The notes under the pieces are model-generated. The model did no database searches and had not been told where the DNA came from. It worked only from the letters and a program-made list of their open reading frames with translations. From Octopus vulgaris (lineage: Eukaryota), in assembly GCA_951406725.2 (NCBI GenBank), contig OX597817.1:89652001-89716000 (forward strand): 64,000 nucleotides of DNA. Direction: 5' to 3'. Below, one piece after another: positions 51,600 to 62,897 of this stretch; position 1 is the stretch's first letter, and each line of letters starts with the position of its first letter. Both the position numbers and the translations under genes were made by a program.

Positions 51600-53340
51600 A
51601 GCGCAGGAGTGGCCGTGTGGTAAGAAGCTTGCTTCCGGTATGGCGTTTTGTTTAGTTCTACTGCTGTCTTTATGAATAACACACGTGGTTTGTGGTTGTC
51701 TTGGTGGTGCGAATTTTTCCCTCTTATTTAATGGAGGGGCGTCGTGTAATGAGTTGTGAGGATTTAAATTATTCTTCTTCAGAATTTGTGTCGTGTGAGG
51801 AAGAAATGGTGAAATGTTTGAGCAAGATTAACACAGCAATACAAAGAAGGAATTACGCTGCAGCGGCAAAGGGGAAAATTGAAGACATAAGAGCTGAGCA
51901 AGTTCAAAGAAATACTTTAAGGGGAGGGGAACGACGTGAAAGCGTCCCCCGCCACCAAAGAGGTGTTAAAGGATAAGGAAGAGAGAACGACTGTTTACAG
52001 GACATACGCGGTGGCAACAAGAAAAATAGAAGTAGTGTTGGAGGCACAATTTGAAAAGGCGTTGAGGCCTGTCTGGCAAGAGATATCCTACTTTGCCAGG
52101 GAAAGAAAGTACGGAACGGTTGAAGTGCAGTTTCGGGAGATAGCTACCACCAGACTGCACTCAGCCACACCATTTATAACCGAAGAAGTGGTGCTTCTAC
52201 CCGTATACCTTGGAAGACGTGCTTCCAGAGTCAGGGTAGAAGATATACCATCAGAAGTGAATGTAGCGTGGCTGGTGGCTGCCATACTGCTAGGCATGGA
52301 AGAAAAGGTGGTGGTCCTGCAGGCCACCAGAACATCCTACAGAAACTGGCAAATGCAGAGTCTGGACATGGTGGTGAGGATTAACTTCCCCATACTTCGC
52401 CTGACATAAGCACAAGCACAAACACACAGGAGCCCCAAATTTCCCCACCCCGGCCCATGGATAAATATGTTATATTATATAACAGGAATAAAGAAGAACT
52501 TTGCAACAAGATAAAGACATGGTAAAAAGCAATAGAAGTGGACATAACAAGAGTAGGAAGGTTGCCTGAGGACGTTTGCTGTGCAGTGGTGGACCTGAAG
52601 TACCTCTCAAGATTGATAAAGTACGAAGAAGAAGCTGATTTCGATTGGTGGGTTACAAAAATGGACACCAGCAAAATACCTAAAAGAATAAGTTCTACTT
52701 ACATTTTAAAGGAACTTGACATAGACATTTTCCAAAAAAAGTGGAAACTGGCAGTCACAAAGGCATTATCAATGGTAGTTTAAATTAATGTTTTAAAAAA
52801 AAGAGTTGTATTAACAGGTTCAATGAAGTTGCTCGGAGGTGGGGCCAAACGGCTTCATTCCACTTTTTCATTATATTCAATTCATCTTTTCCATTCATTT
52901 TGGTTTTTTGTCCCCACCTTGTGCTGTTCCCTCTATGTACGGCCTTCATGGCCAATTTCATGAAATAAAGAAGCTTATTACCCAACTACAAGATTCCGAC
53001 CACAGCCTTGTGAGTGGATTTAGTAGATGGAAAGTGAAAGAAGCCCGTCGTAACACACACACACGTATGTATGTATGTATGTATGTATGTATGTATGTAT
53101 GTATGTATGTATGTATGTATGTATGTATGTATGTATGTGTTTGTGTGTCTGTATTTGTCCCTCCACCATCGCTTTGACAACCGATGTTGGTATGTTTACG
53201 TTTTCATAACTTAGCAGTTCGGCAAAAGACCGGTAGAATAAGTACTAGGATTACAAAGAATAAGTCACGGGGTCGATTTGTTCGACTAAAAGTGGTGCCC
53301 GGCATAGCCGCAGTCAAATGACTGAAACAAGTAAAAGAGT
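51600..53340 (+). mobile_element. CORE-like SINE split by an insertion
   Basis: Head at 51600-51636; remainder resumes at 52968 and ends tgactgaaacaagtaaaagag. Confidence 0.8.
51637..52969 (+). mobile_element. Internally deleted L1/Tx1-like element (ORF1-like remnant, AATAAA end)
   Basis: Complex coding-like frames (GTVEVQF..LLPVYLGRRASRVRVEDIP), T-rich 3' region, terminal AATAAA, ~15-bp degenerate TSD. Clade assignment is tentative. Confidence 0.55.
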
Positions 53341-53934
53341 AAGCAAAACATGTGATTTCAGTTTAGGGCATTTAGTTCATAGTTGAAACAGTTCAAAGTA
53401 ATTATGGTAAATAAATAATGACAGTCGTTTGTAGAATTGTTAAGTATGTGGCGCATATGTTTTCGAGTAAAGATTTCCACATAAGCTTACTAAAACGTCA
53501 CCGGAGAGAGAGAAATAAAGAATATCCTAAATCTAGGATATTAATAGTTACCAGTTCGTTGTCCAAAGTAAAGAGATAATACGCCTTATAAAAGATAATA
53601 CTTATATAATACAAAAACACCCTGCTGACAGTGATAGCCAATAAAATTGTAATAAAATTTAAAAATTTATTTTCTGTGTGTGGCTCAGTGCCAAATGTCC
53701 CACGCTCGATGTTTGGGTACTCCTGCTCCAAGCAATTTGCGATTTACAATAAAATATTAAGGGACCTGAAAAAATTTTACTTTAGATGTGTGTATTGGTA
53801 TGCATTGCAAGAAACAGCAAGGTTTATTTCTCTGGCGTTTTACACAGTTCAACCAACACAAGTAAATGTGTGAAAAACAAAATAGGAATTTTCAAAGAAG
53901 CGTTTATAAAACTAATTTTTAGACGTCGAATACG

Positions 53935-54190
53935 TATCGGGGTCCACCAGAATAAAATCGTAATCAAATGGGTCCATAGCTTTAAAAAATGGTTGAGAAC
54001 AACTGCTTATACCCATTCGGTATTAAAAAACTCTTCTATTTTTGTAATTAAATATCGTTAGATGTATTTTTTTTAATGTTTAAATATTTAGTGTATAACA
54101 GAAGTATAAGCAATTTATTGCTCATACATTTTAACCTCAAAATCTTATATGGACCCCCAAAAGACATATGGACACTGGTTGAGAACCACA
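53935..54190. mobile_element. hAT MITE fragments
   Basis: ggttgagaacaactg and ggttgagaaccac termini; body similar to 18130-18658. Confidence 0.6.
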
Positions 54191-54561
54191 ATTGCAACAG
54201 TGTTACAAGGAGGTAAAAGTTACTCCCATCTATGAGTTAAATACCCGCGTACCGCTTTCTCTTTGATGTTTCGCTGGGTCTAGAGTGCGAGGTGTGTCTA
54301 TGCCAACGTACGAATAAACGAGACTTTAAGGAAGGAAGGAAGGAATAATGCATCAGAACAAGCTGTGGTTTTTGTGACCAAGTCATATTTGATTGCAAGT
54401 GAAAGCCGGCAGCTAGGAAGATATTTAAGTAGCGTTAAATACTGAGCCATAAAAAACCAAGTACGCAATGCGGAAGTGGTGTGTAGATAACAATTATTGT
54501 ATTGCTGAAATTACTGAAAGTAAGCGATACAAAAAAAGGACAGGAATAAACAAGGACGAGT

Positions 54562-54697
54562 CATTCGGGGCTTTCAATCTTCAGTCGAATTCCAGATTTT
54601 CTCAGCAGTTTCGGTCGGTTACACTCGAGACTGCTCCAATCCCCACCCCCAATCTAAGCTAAGAGTACTAGATTCCTTGGAAGAAAGCAAGCGAATG
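54562..54697 (-). ncRNA. Permuted hammerhead-like motif, core intact, upstream stem-II strand damaged
   Basis: GCAGU C UCGAGU guaa CCGACC GAA ACUGC ... AUUCGA CUGAAGA uu GAAAGC cc CGAAUG. Confidence 0.6.
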
Positions 54698-55482
54698 TAT
54701 GCAAAAACAAGGACGAAAAAACCGGAGAAATGGTACGCAAATAAAAATACAAACAACAAGACATTAACAACAGGTGTCTTTCGACTAAGGACGAATTAAA
54801 TTAAGCTAGTGTGTGTGGAAGTAAAGCCTTACGGCAAGGACATAAGAGATGAAAGTCATGGGAAGGAATATAGATGCTGCAAGGATAGCCGAACACCGGT
54901 CACGTGGAAAGAGAGGAGACAGGTAGGCAGAGAGATAGAGAATTAGAGAGGGACGAGAGAGAAAGAAAAAGAAAAGGGACAGAGCGAGATAAAAGAGGAG
55001 GGAAGGTGAGAATGAAGGAAAAGCCAAGGAATGTGAGAGACGGGAAACGAGAAAAAGAAAAGTGGAAAGAACACAGTAAGTGTGAAGAGGCTGAAAGAAA
55101 GAATAAGAGAGTCGTACAGAATTTAGATATATATATATATTACTTTCATCTAAGAGACCAAAAGTGTACGTACTCCGCTATATGTATATTTAAAAAAGAA
55201 AACAAAAATGGAACAAGAACGTGACAGGCGACAACAAAACACGTGACCGGTGTTCCGCCAAGCCTGAACTTTCTTTCTTGGTTCGACTACCATCCGTGCA
55301 GCAGCTATATTCTTTCCCATGACTTGCATCTCTTATGTCCCTGTCGTAAGGCTTCACTTCCACACACGCCAGCTTAATTTAATTCTTCCTTAGTCGAAAG
55401 ACACCTTTTGTTAATGTCCTGTTGTTTGTATTTGTATTTCGGTGCCATTTCTCCGTTTTTTTCCCGTCCTTGTTCTCGTATA

Positions 55483-55617
55483 CATTCACTTGCTTTCTTC
55501 CAAGGAATCTAGTACTCTTAACTTGGATTTTCTTGGGGCCGGCCAGATTGGAGCAGTCTCGAATGTAACCGACCTAAACTACTGAGAAAATCTGGAACTC
55601 GACTGAAGATAGAAAAC
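55483..55617 (+). ncRNA. Permuted hammerhead-like motif with GAA>UAA core mutation
   Basis: GGCCGG CCAGAUU gga GCAGU C UCGAAU guaa CCGACC UAA ACUAC ... AAUCUGG a ACUCGA CUGAAGA. Confidence 0.55.
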
Positions 55618-55730
55618 TCCTTGTTTTTTTTCCTGTCCCTTTTTGTATCGTCTAATTGTCCAGATGTTTTGTTGTCGCCTGTTACGTTTTTGTTCCATTT
55701 TTTTTCTTTTTTATATATACATACATATAA

Positions 55731-55771
<41 letters not shown>

Positions 55772-56077
55772 TATGTACGTATGTATATGGATATATATAT
55801 ATATATGTGTGTGTGTATATATATATATATATATACATATATATATGCATATATACATATATATATATACACACATATATGTATATATATGTTTATATAC
55901 ATATATACATATACATATGTATAACCATGTATACACATACAAAATATATTAGCACAGACTCATACACACGCGCATGTGCGCTTATACGCACACCTCATTG
56001 AGATATCTAGTTACTACTCTTCTTCTTTTGAGACCTGTTTTTGTACCATTCGGAAACCGGAAGTATATGAAGGAAAC

Positions 56078-56113
<36 letters not shown>

Positions 56114-56577
56114 AGAAGAAGAAAAATGAGGGGAGGAAGAGAAGAAGAAGAAGAAGAAGAAGAAGAAGAAGAAGAAGAAGAAGAAGAAGAAGAAGAAGAA
56201 GAAGAAGAAACGTAGGAGCAAGTGGGGATGGAGGTGGAGGCGGCTACATAAATGTACGATTGCGATACATAGAAAGCGAAAAGAAAAGAAGAAAACAAGT
56301 GGGAATGAGAAAATGAAATAAAAAAACTACAAGAGAGAAAGAAAAAAAAAACCAAAGAAATATAGGAAAGACGGAAGACCAATATGAATGAATCAAATCT
56401 CAGCTCCACCCGTTTTACCACCACCACCACCACCGCCACTACTACTACTACCAACATTAACGACAACAACAACAGCAATAAAGCACCTTAGTCACTCCCT
56501 CCCCTTTATACTTCCCACACATTTTTCATGGTTGGTGAGAAACGTAGTTTTATATGTGTGTGTGTGTATATATATAT

Positions 56578-57312
56578 AAGAGAACAAATTGTACGTACGT
56601 CGCTATATATATATATATATAATAAAATACAAAATGCGACAAGAACACAAAATGGAACAACAAAACATCCAGATAGACGATACAAAAAAACACGGACGGG
56701 TCATTCGAAGCCTTTTATCTTCAGTCAAGAACCGGATCATCCTCGCAATTTCGGCTGATTAATCTTGAGATTGCTCCAATCTGGCCAGCCCCAAGGAAAA
56801 CTAAGCTAAGAGCATTAGATTCCTTGGAAAAAAGCAACGAATGTATACGAAACAAGGACAGAAAAACAGACAATGTTACACGAATATAAATACAAAATAC
56901 AATAAAAAAAAATAATAATAATAACAGAACATAACAACAGGCGTCTTTCGACAGGGAACGAATTGAAATCAGCTGGCGTGTATGGAAATTAAGCCTTACG
57001 GCAGAGGGAAGAATATCGACGTGGCAGTGACCACAGTCAAACGCAAAAGGGTTAGCAGTCACGTGAGAAGAGAAGAGAGAGAAAAAGGGGAACAAAAGAA
57101 TTAAGGAGGGGAGAAGAGAGAGAGAGAGAAAGAGAGTGTGTAGAAGAAGCAGATAGACTGAAGAGTCAAGGAGTGGCGAGAAAAAAAGAGAGACAGGGAC
57201 ATGGTGAAGTGCAAAGTAAGAAAAACAAAGAAATGTGAGAGAGTGGGGAGAAAGATTTGAAAAAGTCGTACAAGATTTAGTGAAATGTGTACTTACATAT
57301 AAGAGAACAAAG
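56578..57312 (-). mobile_element. Non-coding ~720-bp repeat unit with short direct terminal repeat
   Basis: Homologous to 54520-55240; taagagaacaaa at 56577 and 57300; TA-rich flanks. Confidence 0.7.
56702..56843 (-). ncRNA. Permuted, pseudoknotted hammerhead-like ribozyme motif, all helices intact
   Basis: Stem III GCAAU/AUUGC, triplet AUC (56769), stem I UCAAGA/UCUUGA, stem II GGCUGG/UCAGCC, CUGAAGA, GAA, hairpin CCAAGGAA/UUCCUUGG, closing helix CAUUCG-GCUUUU / AAAGGC-CGAAUG. Confidence 0.72.
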
Positions 57313-57840
57313 TATATATGTATATATGTATATATATATAAGAGTATATATTTTTAAATATATAATTATATACTTAAAAATTATATGTTCATTTGTTCAT
57401 TTTTTATATGCTAACATTTTTTATAAGTATAAATAATTTTTGAGTTCTCGAGTCATATTATGTGGTGGTACTATATTTACCCCATATGATTTCTGACATT
57501 AACAACATTGCCGAGATGGGCTAGTAGATGGATTATATACGCGGGAAATGCATGTATATATTGGTATCTGTGCGGGTAAATTTATCGCTATGTATATGTA
57601 TTTTTCGCGTGTATATTTGTCGGTGTATCTCTACTGAGGATTGAAAAATAATCATTATTACGGAGCATGAAATCTTAAGATAAATCTTTGCATTCGACCT
57701 GGGATTATAAACAAAGAACAAATTTAGAGTGGATTGTAGGTATTTGACATCTACTTCTAGCGTATAAGTGCTGGCCTTCCAGCGCCCTTAATTATAATTA
57801 TATTTTTATAATTATATACTTGAAAAATAATTTTACCTTA

Positions 57841-57914
57841 TCTCTGATGACGGTATACCCAGTGTATAGAAATGCTAACCCATCACTTGGGATATCCCAG
57901 AAACAGGTGTAAGA
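57841..57914 (+). ncRNA. Type-I hammerhead ribozyme motif with long stem II
   Basis: UCU CUGAUGA c GGUAUACCCAGUG...CACUUGGGAUAUCC ca GAA ACA gg UGU A AGA. Confidence 0.65.
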
Positions 57915-58040
57915 AATGAAATATTTAATCAATTGATGAACTAATTCATTAGTTAATCACTTCAAATTCACCTTGCTCTAATTAGATATTCTAGATGACT
58001 TGAGATACTCGTCCTGCCTTGGTTTTGGTGTCCTTTTTCC

Positions 58041-58080
<40 letters not shown>

Positions 58081-58093
<13 letters not shown>

Positions 58094-58672
58094 GTTGTTG
58101 GCATCCTTTTTGTCTCGGGAGACAGCGGAGTTGCGCATAAAATAATCTAGTCCGGCTTTTACATTTCATGTCCTAATACATTTCTTGCTGTGGCTGTGTA
58201 GTCCTATCCTGGACAAACACTCCCTCTGGCAGGTGCCGCAAATGTAGCGAAGACTGTTCCTGGCTGGTTGTAATGTCATAGTTTCTTGTTGACGTCTTTT
58301 TTTGTCTTTCCATTTCTCCCTTCTCTCTCTCTCTCTCCATGTCACTCCTTTGTGTTCCCTCTTTTACGGTACGTCGCCAATCTCCACGGTTGCTGGCAAC
58401 TGCTTCCCAGTTGCTAATATTGATGTTGCAGGCCTTCATGTCCCTTTTGCAAACATCCTTGTATCGTAAGAACGGTCTTCCCACATACCTAGTACCCCTA
58501 GCAAGCTCTCCGTAGAATATGTCCTTGGGGATTCTGCTATCTTCCATACGGCCAACATGTCCAAGCCATCTCATACGTCTTTGTGTGAGGAGTGCAAATA
58601 TGCTTGGTATTCCTGCTTGCTTGAGGACATCTTCGTTGGGGACATGATTCTGCCATTAGATGCAAAGGATCT
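58081..58672 (-). mobile_element. RTE-clade LINE 3' fragment
   Basis: WQNHVPNEDVL..RRMRWLGHVGRMEDSRIPKDIFYGEL..GRPFLRYKDVCKRDMK, frameshifted C2H2-like CGTC..RIGLHSH, short UTR ending in (CAA)n. Confidence 0.9.
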
Positions 58673-58689
58673 TATATATATATATGCAT

Positions 58690-58992
58690 ATCACGTGATC
58701 ACGTGACCGACCAGACCATCAGATGTTGTTACACATCGCTGGTCACAATGCGTTTGCATTGTTTTAGCCTTCGAATGACACCACCCCGCTGGCTAAGCGA
58801 GCAAGCCAACAGAAGAAAGAGTGAGAGAAAGAGTGGTGAAGGAGTACAGCAGGGATCACCTGCCTCCTGCCGGAGCCTCGTGGAACTTTTAGGTGTTTTC
58901 GCTCAATAAACACACACAACGCCTGGGAATCGAAACCGCGATCCTACGACCGCGAGTCCGCTGCCCTAACCACTGGGCCATAGCGCCTCCGC
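58690..58992 (-). mobile_element. tRNA-derived SINE
   Basis: gcggaggcgctatggcccagtggttagggcagcggactcgcggtcgtaggatcgcggtttcgattccc head. Confidence 0.85.
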
Positions 58993-58995
58993 ACA

Positions 58996-59078
<83 letters not shown>

Positions 59079-59167
59079 GCATATTATACATACATACACA
59101 CATGCATATTTACGTGCAGAGCCACACGTATATTGTATGTTTGATTGTATATATATATATATATATA

Positions 59168-60301
59168 TAATGGGAAGCTTTACGAAAATTAACAAAAGAC
59201 GAAGGCAGGTGGAGTACAAACAAACAAATGTATTAGTATGGCGCTTAGGAATAGAAATAAAACAAATCTTTTACGTTTCGAACATACACTCTTCAACAGA
59301 AAGATACACAGAAAGGAAACACGGAGAGAAACAAGGAGAGAAAAAAAATGCGTGCAGGAGCTAACGAATCAACATGGCGGTCTGATTTCGGCCAAAAGTC
59401 AGAGATCAGACGTTAGACACAAGAGGGATAGTAGGGGAGATAACAGGGTTAAATGACCTCGCCCCAACATAAGGGTGCGTTTGTGTATGAGAGAGTATGT
59501 ATGTGCGTATGAAAGGTCTGGACGTGTGTATGTATGTATGATGTGATGTGTAATGTCGTATGGTGTAGTGTAGTGTCGTATGGTGTAGTGTAGTGTAGTG
59601 TGATGTTGTGGGGAGGTGGGGAAAGCCCATGTGGGGTGTGGGTTCGGCTGGGAGTTGGGGTAGAGTGGGGGTTGTGGGGAGAGTGAAAGGGGGAGAGAAG
59701 AGAGAGGAGAGGAGGAGGGAAGAGAGATGAGGGGAAGGGAGTAGGGAGAAGGGAGGAGGGAGGAGGGAAGAGAGATGAAGGGGAGGGGAAGGGGAAGGGG
59801 AAGGGGAAGGGGAGAGAGGAGATGAGGAGGAGAGGGGAGGAGAGGGGAGAGGGAGTGGGGGAGAAGGAAGGAGAAGGAAGGAGAGGAGAAGAGGAGGGGG
59901 ATGGGAAAGGAGGGGAGAGGGGAAAGGGGAGAGGAGGGGGAGGGGGAGAGAAGGGGAGTGAGGGAGTAGAGAGAAAGAGAGAAGGGGAAGAGGGAAGAAG
60001 AAAGAGGAAAGAAGAGGAGGGAAAAAGAGTAGGGGTGAAAAGATGAAGGACTGATGAGAAGTAGGAGTCGGGGGGAGGTTAGATGATGGGGGGAAGTTAG
60101 ATGAGAAAGGGGAGAGTTGAGACCAAATGGCGTAAAAGAGCGAAGAGAGAAGATTAATCCTTGTTCACGGCGCAAACGGGAATCCGGATGGCCTCTGTGC
60201 AAGGACAATCCGAACACAGACAGGTGTTGCAAGGAGTGACCGGTGGAGCGGAAATGGCGTGAGATCGGTGTGTCGTTGGCAAGGCGGATGTCACGGAGGT
60301 G
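59168..60301 (-). mobile_element. Second 5'-truncated copy of the Neptune-like Penelope element
   Basis: Encodes the GIY-YIG C-terminus QHLSVFGLSLHRGHPDSRLRREQGLIFSLRSFTPFGLN; same terminus and hammerhead (59266-59305); TA runs on both flanks. Confidence 0.9.
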
Positions 60302-60533
60302 ATATATATATATAGGTTTGGTGATGCAAACAAGAAAAATAGAACATTGATAAAATTAAAAAAATATTTTTTTTTTTATATTTTTATGAAAATTTAGGAG
60401 AAGCAATAGAGTAACTCAGGGGCAGAGAGTTTCATGTGTTGGCACTTTTCAGAAGTTTGATAAGTTTCAACACACGAATTTCTCAACCTTTGAGTTACTC
60501 TGTTGCTTCGGTATATATATATATATATATATG

Positions 60534-60569
<36 letters not shown>

Positions 60570-60699
60570 TATATATGCATGTATGTATGCATGTATGTAT
60601 GTAATATCGAAGTGTAGGAGGTTTGAAAGCTTCGAGCATTCCTTGGCAGGTATAAAAGACAACGTTTAGGAACAATAATAATTTATTGGCATCGAAGGT

Positions 60700-61420
60700 T
60701 GTAGGCTTTTCCCACATCGAAGTTTGATAAGCTGGAAAACTTTTTCGCCTATAGCTCAAACATAGCCCTAGAACTTCATTAAACCTTCTTAACAACACCG
60801 ATTCTCACGCCGCCGATCCCAATCCTAATACTCCACTCAATCCCCTCAACCAACCCTACCTAACGATCCGGCTGTACCAACTATTGAAGGAGAGAATAAT
60901 AGGAATGATATTGGGAGCTATTATAAGCTACATCACACGAACCGGCTCCCTCACCACCACAACCGATACTGATGGAAACGCCGAGACATATATTAAATAT
61001 AACACCCAGTTAACCTCAGGTAACCCACGAACTCTGCGTAAGCACACTTTAGAAATCTATGCAGCTGTTGATGCCCCACTTCCCGTCTCTTGCAAAATAA
61101 ATGCCTTACGAAAAATATAGTCTATAAGTTACAATCTCCACGGAAAATTCCAAGTATGCACAACCCGTGCAGCACTACCTTCAAGGTCACAATTACTTAC
61201 CGCTATTCTATCTTTAGATCTCAAGCGAAAACTAATAATACCTCTTTATTTACGCTCATTCGTAACCTAAAAATAACTCAGTTGTATACAGTTTAAAATG
61301 GTCCATTGTTATCCATGCCAAACCGCTTAACGGTTATAACAAATGCGACCTCTGCATCACAGCAATTTTATCTATTTTGAAATGCAGCGTCTGCCTTAAT
61401 GAACGGCACAAATTATGTAA
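60700..61420 (+). pseudogene. Decayed GIY-YIG endonuclease of a different Penelope-like family
   Basis: CSC*CP..LQNKCLTKNIVYK..STTFK..NNTSLFTLIRNLK..YSLKWSIVIHAKP..KCDLCIT, with stops and frameshifts. Confidence 0.7.
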
Positions 61421-61708
61421 TATCTTCTTAAGGTACAAATAATTCTACCTTCCCCGATAATTCCATAGCTAATCTTCCTACATTCCCCCACCCGAACACC
61501 TTGAATTTCTTTAATGTATTTACAACATATATATTTTTAAAGTTGTCTTTATACATTTCCTTAACTATGTGATCTCTTTATATCTTCTTTATTGCATATG
61601 GAAATATCCATGCGCGTACGCGCACGTGTATACCTAAGCTGACACTATGAGCACATTGTGAGTGTACGCGTGCACGCGCGGGTACACTAATATGTATGAA
61701 TATATACC

Positions 61709-61941
61709 TATTTCTTTACTACCCACTAGGGGCTAAACACAGAGGGGACAAACAAGGACAGACAAAGGGATTAAGTCGATTACATCGATACCAGTGCGCA
61801 ACTGGTCCTTCATTTATCGATCCCAAAAGGATGAAAGGCAAAGTCGACCTCGGCGGAATTTGAACTCAGAACGTAACGACAGACGAAATACCGCTACGCA
61901 TTTCGCCCGGCGTGCTAACGATTCTGCCAGCTCAACGCCTT
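61709..61941 (-). mobile_element. Meta-domain-like SINE
   Basis: Reverse complement of the 6618 unit; tatgtatgaatatatacc on both flanks (TSD-like). Confidence 0.85.
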
Positions 61942-62503
61942 ATGTATGAATATATACCATGAATTAGTAAGCGACCGACTAAAACTACTATGCTCCTCCT
62001 TAATAAAACAATCCGATCTCCCTCTTTTTCCTTTCCGGCCTCTTCTTCTTTCCTAACAATTCCACCAAACTCTCACTCGTAAATTTTTGACCTCTTCTTT
62101 TTCTTTTATTTCTCATTCAACTCTTCAAAATTTTCTTTTCTTTTTATTTCTCATTACATCTCTTCAAAATTTTCTTCTGCATAAATGCTTACGCATGGGT
62201 GCACCATTGTACTAATTTACTGTAAACAGTAAAAAGACCCCAGTTTAATATCCTCAAAGACTCTTACTTTAAAGTCAGCATCCATCTTACAATAAATCCC
62301 CCTCTCTCCCTCTCATTTTCTTTATTCTTAACAATTTTGGACAATTCCCTACTCACAAATATTTTACCCCTTCCTTCACATTTCTTACTTACTGACCAGC
62401 TTATTTCTTCAAACATTTGTTTTCTTTTTCATCTTTTCTTTGTTTTTTTACTTTTTATTTTTCTACTGTGTTCTTCCGGCTACGCCACTCATTTCAAATT
62501 ATA

Positions 62504-62897
62504 TCTATTTCTTTATTGCCCACATGGGGCTAAACATAGAGAAGACAAACAAGGACAAACAAAGGGATTAAGTCGATTACATTGACTCCAGTGCGTAACA
62601 AGTACTTATTTAATCGACCCCGAAAGGATGAAAAGCAAAGTCGACTTCTGCGGAATTTGAACTAAGAACGTAACGGCAAACGAAATACCTATTTCTTTAC
62701 TACCCACAAGGGGCTAAACACAGAGAGGACAAACAAGGACAGACAAACGGATTAAGTCGATTATATCGACCTCAGTGCGTAATTGATACTTATTTAATCG
62801 ACCCCGAAAGGATGAAAAGCAAAGTCGACCTCTGCGGAATTTGAACTCAGAACGTAGCGGCTGACGAAATACCGCTAAACATTTCGCCCGGCGTGTT
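62504..62897 (-). mobile_element. Meta-domain-like SINE with two internal units
   Basis: Two repeats of ggggctaaaca.agag..gacaaacaaggac...gcggaatttgaact. Confidence 0.85.

Larger units (their letters stand above)
54520..55712. mobile_element. Non-coding Penelope-like/retrozyme-like element: partial tandem plus inverted copy
   Basis: 54520-54905 is inverted at 55241-55650; 55190-55240 is inverted at 55665-55712. Both arms carry the permuted hammerhead motif. Confidence 0.75.

Noticed and set aside
58925-58992. tRNA-Arg-like sequence (also 24300-24372 and 27237-27305)
   Set aside because: Acceptor stem is incomplete and the sequence continues into a repeated SINE body; these are SINE heads, not tRNA genes.
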